From: Octopus vulgaris | Taxonomy: Eukaryota | DNA: 64,000 bases | Assembly: GCA_951406725.2 (NCBI GenBank) | Contig: OX597818.1 | Coordinates: 34,410,001-34,474,000 of the forward strand | Direction of reading: 5' to 3' | In this document: positions 53,644-64,000 of the stretch, piece by piece | Numbering within the stretch: the stretch's first letter is position 1 | How the letters are laid out: each line of letters begins with the position of its first letter | The notes under the pieces: model-generated | Databases searched by the model: none | What the model was told of the DNA's origin: nothing | What the model saw: the letters and a program-made list of their open reading frames with translations, nothing else | Translations under genes and position numbers: made by a program

Positions 53644-54530
53644 CCCTCATGCAGTACCAGGTAGTGACTCTCGTGGCTTTTGATCTTAACTGATTGAAAG
53701 TGTTATCATATACATTGTTTTGTCTTGGTATAAAAGATGGGCTACAGTAAATATTCTGCTCAATACCACAGAGTTGCTTGTCAGTTGTTTGACCTTAACC
53801 AGTTGAGCATGTCCCTTAGTGGCTGAAGATATGTGCATATCTGATCACAAGTAGAAGTAGTGGGGGAGCATCATAGCCATGTGCTGAGAGGGATTCTTTG
53901 GGGTTTGAATAGTTCACCTCTGGAAACATGGGTGTTTCGTTCAACATCCTTAAACAACCCTTATTCAGGGACCTTTTGAGCGGGATGGGCTACTTGACCA
54001 GAAGAAAATTCTAACTGGGCCCCACCTTCAAGGTCATGTGCTGTTTATCTTTGTATGAGATCACCATGTCGCGCACATATGGTTGTGATGCACGTCCCTA
54101 GTGTTGTCGTTTGTTCCTTCTCGAGCTACGCCTGGCTCATAAGGGCCGGTTTCCCGGTTTCCTTGGCATATAGGTTCCCTACCTGGATGGGACGCCGGTC
54201 CGACGCAGATGAGCTGCTAGATGCAGGAGGAAAGTGTGAGAGAAAATTGTGGCGAAAGAGTCAGCAGAAGTTCGCCATTACCTTCTGCTGGAGCCGCGTG
54301 GAGCTTAGGTGTTTCGCTCATAAACACTCACATCGTCCGGTCTGAGATTCGAACCCGCGATCCCTCGACCGCAATCCGCTGCTCTAACCACTAGGCCATG
54401 TGCCTCCACTGCCTAGTGTACCCTTATCAGACGGGTAGTCATGGTGGGTATGCTAGGCTTCGTATATTATTTTACCCCAGTGTCACATTGATGGAATGCA
54501 CAGCTCTCTCACTCAATAATAATAATAATA
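53642..54530 (+). mobile_element. (TAA)n-flanked retroposon with a nested SINE C (54105-54409, minus)
   Basis: The nested SINE is bracketed by the TSD CCTAGTGT; the uninterrupted version is at 49605-49625. Confidence 0.7.
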
Positions 54531-54571
54531 ATATCTTTACGGGTATTTATTTTGGATAGTTATATATATAG

Positions 54572-54642
<71 letters not shown>

Positions 54643-55254
54643 TGTGTCTGTCTGTGTGTGTGTGTGTATTTATATATAGTTATGTATGTCTAGCAACACA
54701 ATCGCCGTCAAAACAACCAAAACCAATACAACCACCACCTTTACCAACCCACCAAATCGTTAATGACCAACAACGATAGCAACAATAGTATAAGCAAGAC
54801 AAGCAACTCAATCTAAATTATAAGACAAAGGCATGAGTTAATTAATTTGCTACCCTGGTGTACTTCAAAAGTAATATAAAATGTCTTTGATCTTCAGTCA
54901 ATGAGGATTTCCTTAAGACCAAACAGCTACAACAATACAATTTACGAAAACAAATATGGCCGCCATCGCTACCCCCAGCTATGTCCGATCACCGTTAGCA
55001 TCACTATTAACACCAACATGAAAACCAATAGAACAGACTCCATCATAATCAACCTATCAACTTTTGTATAACCAACTGACAATAACAATAATAGTTTCAA
55101 CGTGATAGCAATATTTAACTGCATATGTTGTATGCTAACACAAATGAGTATGTGTGGTTGGAAGGGGCTGAAAGTGTGCGTATGTATGTATGTCTATGTA
55201 TATGTCTGTATGGATGTGTGTGCATGTGCGTGTGTGTGTATGGAATGTGTGCGT

Positions 55255-55500
55255 GTGCATGTGTGCGTGTGTGCGTGTGTGTGTGGAGAGAGAGTGTGTG
55301 TATGTGTGTAGAAAAAAAGAGTATATGTGTGTGGAGAGAGAGCGTTAGTGTGTGTTTGTATGTGCACAAGTGTGTGAAGAGAGAGAGAGTGTGTGTGTGT
55401 GTGTGTGGAAAGAGAGTGTGTGTATGTGTGTAGAAAAAAGGGTATATGTGTGTGGAGAGAGAGAGCGTTAGTGTGTGTTTGTATGTGCACGAATGTGTGA

Positions 55501-55536
<36 letters not shown>

Positions 55537-55905
55537 TGTGTGGAAAGAGAGTGTGTGTAGAAAAAAGGGTATATGTGTGTGGAGAGAGAGCGTTAGGTGT
55601 GTGCGCGTGTGTGGAGAGTGTGTGTGTATGTGTGTGGGTGAGTGTAGAAAGAAAGGGTGTATGTGTGTGGTGAGAGCGTTAGTGTGTGTTTGCATGTGTG
55701 CGCGTATGTGGAGTGTGTGTGTGTGTGGAAAGAGAGTGTGTGTGTATGAGGAGAGAGTGTGTGTGTAGAATGTGTGTAGAAAGAAAGGGTGTATGTAGAG
55801 AGAGCGTTAGTGTGTGTTTGTATGTGTGCGCGTGTGTGGTGAGAGAGAGAGTGGGAGTGTGTGTGTGTGTGTGGAAAGAGTATGTGTGTGTCTGTGTGTG
55901 GGGGG
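55255..55905. repeat. GT/GA-rich minisatellite (~120-bp degenerate units)
   Basis: Recurrent GTAGAAAAAAGGGTATATGTGTGTGGAGAGAGAGCGTTAG unit, about 5 copies. Confidence 0.85.
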
Positions 55906-56317
55906 GGATATAGTTTTTCGTACCTTAAACCAGAAGTGTAAAGAGTGAACTGTTCATGAACCTGAAAATTCTCCTCCCGCCTGTAATCAAACACCACTTC
56001 CTCCTACCTCCATCCTTCACCTTGTCAGTTTTTCATTTCAATTTTTTTACCCATAGGATTAAGACTATTTTTTGCTCTCAAAAAATGGTTCTTTCCTGGA
56101 GTTAATTTTTTACTACACGTTTGCTGCGGATATTTGTTAATCGTCGGCGCTGCTGGATTTACCCATAATTAAAGATATATGGAAAGAAACCGTCCAGTGG
56201 AACGGAAGGCAATGGTACGAAAAGGAACCGTAAAAGTTAGATATCAACTTGCTTTAAAAAAACTTGATGCGAAATAGATAAAAAAAAAAGAGCCACAACG
56301 CCAAATCATTAAAACTA

Positions 56318-56567
56318 TTGGGTTGGTGCATAATTATTGCGGCTTTTTTTCAACAAATTTTATTCAACAAAAACAATAACAACATGTAATAAAAACATCT
56401 CTAAATGATTATTCCAGAGCATATTCACCATCTACTTCAATTACTGCTTCCCATTTGCTTGGCAGGCGGTCAGACCGTCATTTAAAGATGTTTTGGTTAA
56501 ATATTATTATTGTTTTTGTTGAATAAAATGTGTTGAAAAACGCCGCAATAATTATGCACCAATCCAA
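56318..56567. mobile_element. mariner-derived MITE
   Basis: TA|TTGGGTTGGTGCATAATTATTGCGGC ... GCCGCAATAATTATGCACCAATCCAA|TA; the interior retains RLPSKWEAVIEVDGEY on the minus strand. Confidence 0.9.
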
Positions 56568-57497
56568 TAGTAACGTCTATAGTGAGAAGAATGCGTAGTA
56601 ACTGAGATAAAATTAAGTCATGGGTCAAGAAGCTGTTCTGTTAACTGCTCGGATCTTATATCTTCATAGATCTAATGTGATAATCTATTCTATAATGAAG
56701 AAAGCTGCTTATTAATTAGTTGCGAATATGTAACTTTTACTAAAAGAAAGCAACTATTAAATTCTACACTGTCTAGAAAATTCTTAAAAATTCTAATTTC
56801 AATTTTTTTTTTTATCAATATGTGGGTTATAAGATTCTTTTTGCATTGAAGATTTCAACTACAGAAAAATAATCTTAATTCACAGTGTGATAGTATCCCC
56901 TCTTTGCATTTTCTCTTTTTCAAACACTTCATAACACTACTTTCTGCAGACATATCAGTAAAAACGTTACTCCATAACATAAATTTAATCCAACGTCAGC
57001 CAAATTATGTTATTTCCAGTTTTCTTTCATATTTTTCCGGCACTTTATGCTTTGAGTTCAAACACCGTTGAGGTCGTCCTTATCATTCATCATTTCAAGG
57101 TCGATAAAATAAGTACCAGTTGAGCCCTGAAGTCATATAATTGGTTTCACACTTTCCTCAAAATTGCTGGCCTCGAGCCAAAATTAGAAAAATAACATTA
57201 TATTATCTTTTATCTCTTACTTGTGTCAGTCATCAGACTGCGGCCATGCTTGAGCACCACCTAAAAGAAATTTAGTTGAACGAATCAACCAAAGTACTTA
57301 TTTCTATTTCAAGCTTGCTACTTATTTTGTCAGACTTTTTCTGCCGAACGCTAAGTTACGGGGACGTAAACACACCAACACCAGTTGCCAATTGGTGGTG
57401 GAGGATAAACACTGACATTAAGATGCACACGCACACACACACACTCACACACATACATACATACATACATACATACATACATACATACATACATACA

Positions 57498-57529
<32 letters not shown>

Positions 57530-57531
<2 letters not shown>

Positions 57532-57790
57532 AAAATTATAATTATGGTTCAGCAAAAATTTGCTTCCCCTCATACCGAAATTTAGAAATAGCAGCTAAAA
57601 CTAACTATTTCACTACCATAAGAAAATCTCCCAGACAGCTGTCTGGGAGATTTGTGGTGAAGCAAATTTTTGCTGAACCCTAATTATAATTTATGTATAA
57701 GTTTACCGATAAAGGTTCTTTTAACATACCGAACTACTTGGTAAAATTATCATTAATTAATTAATTAATTAATTTTACCCTTTATTATTA
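57530..57790. mobile_element. Inverted-junction PLE pLTR-like fragment
   Basis: Central palindrome ATCTCCCAGACAG|CTGTCTGGGAGAT; both halves are homologous to 39980-40195. Confidence 0.65.
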
Positions 57791-57801
57791 TACATACACA
57801 C

Positions 57802-57852
<51 letters not shown>

Positions 57853-57865
57853 TGTATGTATGTAT

Positions 57866-58385
57866 GTCGGGTCGTCGGCGACTAAACCGGCAACCCCACC
57901 AAGCTTGCTTGGTGAGGATGGTGTTTATTGGACACCATGCAGGATGAAAAACAAAACCCGTCAAAGGGCAGAGGAACCCTTGAGAGTCAACGGCCATCCA
58001 ATAAATGTCTTAAGGATGTATCATGCGCGGGGACATAGAAATAATCGGACTGAATACCCGATCGCGCGGTTAAACCATTGGGAGTGAAGGACTCCCAGCC
58101 TTTGTTAGGGCATCCTTCTAGGAGAAGGTAACTCGGGTAACTGGGATAACTCCGACATAAAACCTGCGGCTCAGTGGTTACCGATGATGTTGACTTGTTC
58201 TTCTTTTCGGATTATGGCTGCTGTTGCTTAGTGAGTGGGATTGACTCAGTGCACAGCCTTTCCTCACTTTAAAAAAAAATCTTCTTGCACAGGCATTGCA
58301 CGATAACAACATTGCTTAAGCTTCGTGCAATGGCCATACTCGATAACGAGGGGGCAGCCACCCTTGTATGTATGTATGTATGTAT
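57866..58385 (+). mobile_element. Non-autonomous bipartite RTE element (5' UTR-like + 3' UTR)
   Basis: GGCATCCTTCTAGGAGAAGGTAACTC..AAACC resembles the RTE 5' UTR motif; the 3' end matches the RTE tail at 35150-35208; (ATGT)n on both sides. Confidence 0.6.
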
Positions 58386-59023
58386 GTGTGTGTATGAGTA
58401 TACCACGGGCTTCTTTCAGTTTCCATCCACCAAATTCACTTACAAGGCTTTGGTCAGCCTCAGGTCAAAGCAGAAACACTTGCCCAAGATATTACACAGT
58501 GGGACTGAACCCGAACCATGTGGTTGAAAAGCAAACTTCTTACCACACAGCCACGCCAACGCCTATTATACCGTATCATATCATATCACATCATATCATA
58601 TTTTATCATATTAGCTCGACTACATAAACAAGCGGATAGGCACACAGCACCAGATACACACTCCAGTAGTTCTTTCGCTAGTGATAAAGAGTTGTAGAAG
58701 ATTCCGTAAAAAGAAACTAGTCGAAGCCGAAGCTATTTCATTCATCCCAGGTTTACATTTGCCAGTTGTAAATAAATAAATGAATGAATTATATATGGGT
58801 GCATTTTTGTGTGAGTAGATTGCCAGATGTGAGCAGCGGGGATTACTCCAACAGAGATATCAAGCTGTTGCAGGCAGCTGGCTAATTCGTTTTACTTCTT
58901 TAACCCTAACGTGTACACATACCAGCTCTCCCTCTCTCTCTCTCTCACACACACACATACACACACTAACACACACACACACACACTCACACACATACAC
59001 ACTCACACACACACACTCACACA

Positions 59024-59060
<37 letters not shown>

Positions 59061-59469
59061 ACTCACACACATTCATACACAAATATGCGCGCGTGCATAT
59101 ACTGATTCTCTCCATCTCTCTCTTTCTCACACTCACACACATACACTCACACACACACTTACACACACACACACACACTCACACACACACACACTCACAC
59201 ACATACACACTCACACACACACACACACTCACACACACACACACACTCACACACACACACACACACATTCATACACAAATATGCGCGCGTGCATATACTG
59301 ATTCTCTCCATCTCTCTCTCTCTCTCTCTCTCTTTCTCTTTCTCTCTCTTTCTATGTCTGTCTTTTCCTCTCTCTTTTTGTTTTACTCTCTTTCTCTCCT
59401 TTCTCTTCGTTTTATAAAGCACTTTTTCTAACTTTGTGTGCAGTCTGCTCCGTGCATCTCTCGATGTAG

Positions 59470-59680
59470 GTGATGATGATGATGATGATGATGATGATGA
59501 CGACGACGATGATGATGATGATGATGATTGTAATGATGACGATGACGACAACGATGATGTGAATGATGATGATGATGGTTGTGATGATGATGATGATGAT
59601 GGCTGCGATGATGATGATGATGATGACAATGTCGATGATGACGATAATGATGATAGTTATAACGACTATGATGATGATAA
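59470..59680. repeat. (GAT)n microsatellite
   Basis: Directly visible. Confidence 0.95.
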
Positions 59681-60243
59681 ATATCGACCGCTATTATATT
59701 TAATTATAAATTAATATAACTAATAAAATAACTAAGGCAGCGAACTGGCCCAATCGTTAGCACTCCGGCCGGACAAAATGGTTAGCAGCATTTCGTCCGT
59801 CTTTATGTTCTGCATTCAAATCCCTCCGAGGTCGACTTTGTCTCTGCTCTTTTTTTTTTTTTTTTGAGGGGGGAGTCATTGAAACAGGTACCAGTTAAGC
59901 ATTGGGGTTGAGGTAATTGACTAACCCGCTCTCCCGAAAACTTCAGCCCTTTTGCCTATTGTAAAAAAAAAAGATTATAAATATATTGTATTTTCGGATA
60001 TGAAAATAGTAAGAGTTGTTGAGGTGTCCATGCCTTCCGATGGATGATGTTGAGAAAGAGTAGGAATTGTGACAACTTTACATTAAAGAGAAGAACGTAC
60101 AATTTCTTGTAAGTCAGACCATGTCATGGTCCCAGTAGACAAAATGGAAAAAGCATTGCCCCGGGGGATGGTGTGTGAGATGTGCTGGAGCAGTCACTCT
60201 GACTCACGGGGCTCGTCCTTGCAGATATCCAGATATCCAGTAC

Positions 60244-60573
60244 TATTATTATTATTCTACGTTTGACTTTTGCTTTATATTTGTACAAGTTGGCTCCAAG
60301 TCTCACCCAAAAACCTCAAGAGACAACAGGTTGGAAGTTCGTGTTGTTGTTATGCCTAGTGTGCCATATATTTGGTTTTGTATTTAGTGTTGTACTAGTG
60401 AATGTCTAAAAAAAAATTATGTTTGTTTTAAAACTTGAGATTACATAGAAAGTATTTTGCGTAGGATATGAGCAGTTCCCATGAGCACTATCTTTTGAAT
60501 TTCTGCCATTTAGGGGTTTCCTGGTATCTGAGTTAGGTAGCGATCAGCCCCTTTTGCTATCATTCCCAGAGCA
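60244..60573 (-). mobile_element. Short 5'-truncated copy of the RLE LINE
   Basis: Homologous to 60652-61012; has its own (TAA)n tail. Confidence 0.9.
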
Positions 60574-60622
60574 CTATTATTATTATTATTATTATTATTA
60601 TTTATTATTATTATTATTATTA

Positions 60623-60655
<33 letters not shown>

Positions 60656-63600
60656 CTATGTTTGACTTTTGCTTTATATTTGTACAAGTTGGCTCCAGGT
60701 CTCACCCAGAGACCTCAAGAGACAACAGGGTTGGAAGTTCATGTTGTTGTTATGCCTAGTGTGCCATATATTTGGGGGGTGGGGATGTTGTACTAATGAA
60801 TGTCTAAAAAAAAAAAAAAAGTTTTTTTTTTTTTTTTTTTTTTTAAACCGAAAATTATGTTTGTTTTAAACCTTGAGATTACATAGAGAGTATTTTGCGT
60901 AGGATATGAGCAGTTCCCATGAGCACTATCTTTTGAACTTCTGCCATTTTGGGGTTTCCTGGTATCTGAGTTAGGTAGCTATCAGCCCCTTTTGCTATCA
61001 TTCCCAGGGCACCTATGACAACAGGTATTGTTTTAGTCTTCAGCTTCCACATTTTGCTGATTTCTATTTCAAGATCTTTATATTTGCTCAGTTTTTGGTA
61101 GGTCTTGACAGATACGTTTATATCGATTGGGACAGTCATATCAATGAGGAGGCATGTTCTTTGTTTGAAGTTTTTCAATATGATGTCTGGCCTATTTGCA
61201 TCTATCTTCCTGTCAGTTTGAATGGTGAAGTTCCAGAGGAGTGAGATGTGGTCATTTTCAAGCACTGGGGGTGGTTTGTGTTCCCACCAGTTTTTTTCAT
61301 GGGGCAAATCCAGGTTTTTACAGATTACCCAGTGAATATATTGTGCAGCTCTATCGTGCCTGTTGAGATACTCTGTAGGCGCTAGAAGACTGCACTTGGA
61401 GACCACATGGTCAATTGTTTCATTTTGTTGCTTGCATACACGACACGTTGGACTGCTTCTGATCTTTAATATGTTGGCCTGGTAGTTTCTTGTTGGTAGG
61501 CATTGATCTTGAGCTGCTATGATAAACCCCTCTGTTTCAGATTTTAAGCCAGAGGCCATTAGCCATTGATGGGTCAGGGCTTTGTCGATATCTGCATTAT
61601 TCGCTCTCTTTGGGTATTTGCCATAGAGAGGTTTTTCTTGCCATTTATTATTCAGAATATCTAAGGCCGCTGTTTTGGCACGGGTTTTCATGCGCCTAGC
61701 TTTTTCTGTGCTTGTTTCTTGTATATCTATCTCTAATTCCGAAATTGGTTGTATTCGGAATTCACTTAGATATTCCTTTGCCTGTTTTGTGACTGAGTAT
61801 GATGCTTTCTTGTTTTCATGTTTTGAGACAAGTTTTAGCATCCAGTCCTCAGAGTTTTTCGAGGTAGGTGTCTAGGCCAATTGTAGCAATCTTCATTGTT
61901 ATTGCCAGTTGCAAAAGACCACGGCCTCCTCTTTTCTTGGCAGATAGAGTCGTTCTGTATCTGCCTTAGGGTGGTGCATTCTATGCATTGTCAACAGTTT
62001 CCTTATTTTTCTGTCGAGCTGACATATTTCAGTAATTGACCAGTTAACAATATTGAAACTGTAAGTCACGACTGGTATAGCTAATGCATTGATTGCTTCG
62101 ATCCTGTTTCTTGCATTCAGCTCTGTCTTGAGTATTGCTCTCACTCTTCGATAGCATTCTCTCCTGATCCTTTCCTTCATCTCTGAATGCCTTATTCCGT
62201 TCCCTTCAATTATCCCTAGGTACTTGTAGCTCTCCGCTGGGTCTAGTTCTTTTATGACATTCTGTTGGTCAAGGTTAACGTTAGATGTTTCTGTCATTTT
62301 TCCTTTGATAAAGGTAGCCTTTGCACATTTATCGAGGCCGAATTGCATTCTGATGTCGTCACTGAATTGTTTGACTATCGCTAGTAAGCCCTTGAGTTGT
62401 TGATCATTTTTTGCAAAAAGCTTTAAATCATCCATGTAAACGAGATGATTTATATTTTTATCAAACATTTTATACCCGTACTGCGCATCATTGAGCAGCT
62501 TTGAGAGAGGTATTAAGGATAAACAAAAGAGGAGTGGTGACAGTGAGTCACCCTGGAAAATGCCACACGAAATTTTTACATCACCAGCATTTAGGGATTC
62601 ACTGTCACTGTTCAGAGTTAGTGTGGTTCTCCATGATCTCATACTTACAGTCAAGAAGTTTCGCAGAGTTGGTGCTATCTTATACATTTCAAGGCATTTC
62701 CTAATCCAGCTATGTGGTAGGCTATCAAAAGCCTTTTTATAGTCTATCCAGGCTATTGATAAGTTTTTGTGTCGTTTGTGACAATCTTCTAAGATCATCT
62801 TATTGATGAGTAGTTGGTCTTTACAGCCGTAGGATCCACGTTTACATCCTTTCTGTTCATTAGGGAATATGCTGCTGTCTGTTAAAAAACTATAGGTATA
62901 TTCCGTCAGGACAGATGTTAGTGTTTTGTACATAGTTGTTAAGCAGGTTATGGGTCTATAGTTTTTTGGTTCATTTGTTTCTTCACTTTTTGGAAGCAGG
63001 AATGTTAACCCATTAACTAGCCAAGGAGGCATCCTACTAGGGTGTTGCAAAACATCATTGTACAGTTCTATTAGCAGTTCATGGCTCTCTGGGAAGGCAT
63101 TCAGCCAGAAGTTAGGAATTTTATCCTTTCCTGGAGACTTCCATTTGCTTGACCTCCTGAGAGCAGATCTTATATCTTCTACCTTGACACCCTCCCACTT
63201 TTGCTCTTCTAAGGGGTCCAGTTCTGTAGATATTCTGTCAATCCAGGGAGCCTTTTCGTTGTGTGTTTTTTCTTCTGCCCAGATTTTATTCCAAAATCTC
63301 TGCACTTCTTCTTTTGATGGTACAGACCCTGCAGTAAACGCTGTTTTTCCTATCTTCCTGTAAAAATTCTTGGTGTTATTTTTGAACATGTTGTTGTCCT
63401 TGAAAAATCTAACACGCTTTTCATACCTCGCTATGCGGGCAGCTTTGGCAGATACCTTTTGTTTGATGGTTTCTATGGTGGCATCAATATCAAGTATAGT
63501 TTTCATATTGTATTTTTTCAGTAATTTTTGGGTTTTTGTAGGTTTGGTAATCTTGTGAGCCTTAAGGTTTTTCAAATATTCAATGTCAGATCTAAATATT

Positions 63601-64000
63601 TTAATTTGTTGTTGCAGACGCTCTTGCCAAGAAGGCTTTTTGTGGGACTGTTGCCGTTTTCTAATCTTTACACCACATAGGATCGTTGAGATTTTCGCGG
63701 ATGCATAGTATAGGTGGTTGAGGTTTGTGATATCAACATCATTAACTGAAATTATATCCTTAAGTGCAAGCCGGATTTTACCAATTATTTTCATGTTTTG
63801 GTTAGAGTTGCGGATTTTAGGAAGTGTATCACGCTCATCCATGCTGGTTTCTTTAATTTTCAGCCATTCAATCATGATTTGATTTTTTAGCTCATGTAGT
63901 TCTGCTGGGTCAATATTTGTGTGACTTTCTTTATCTATTTGATGCTCATCTGTCTTAGTGTTTATGATTGGTTCAGGGCGTATTTCACTTTGCCTATCAC
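60574..64000 (-). mobile_element. R4/Dong-type non-LTR retrotransposon (RT + CCHC + restriction-like endonuclease), running off the window end
   Basis: KSPGKD, NYRPITCL, DYKKAFDS, GIFQGDSLSP, YMDDLKL, YKYLG; CRVC...TIDHVVSKC, RHD, RPDI...IDM, K..KY. ORFs 61899-63875 and 60879-61841 are in the same frame; 3' UTR and (TAA)n tail. Confidence 0.95.

Noticed and set aside
55255-55905. CRISPR-like repeat-spacer pattern
   Set aside because: Eukaryotic context; the apparent spacers are GT/GA microsatellite variants and there are no cas genes.

Overview
Repeat-dominated, AT-rich eukaryotic genomic DNA. The tRNA-derived SINE families and the very high density of (TA)n/(TG)n/(CATA)n/(TAA)n microsatellites point to an octopus (cephalopod) genome; this is an inference. 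The one clear host gene (about 27.2-30.6 kb, +) has a single large exon encoding a signal peptide followed by a coiled-coil, N-glycosylation-site-rich protein with no domain I recognise. A 58-nt tract identical to a LINE fragment at 46.2 kb splits its ORF, probably as a consensus artefact. The rest is nested mobile DNA: a decayed hAT transposase interrupted by a Helitron, mariner remnants, pogo-, hAT- and piggyBac-type MITEs, CR1/L2-group and RTE 3' ends, a nearly intact R4/Dong-type RLE LINE at the right edge, and many Penelope-like element (PLE) remnants. Several PLE-type remnants carry readable type I hammerhead ribozyme motifs, and one lies in a ~570-bp fold-back palindrome. Almost all other ORFs in the track are microsatellite translations. 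Coordinates of degraded repeats are by-eye estimates.
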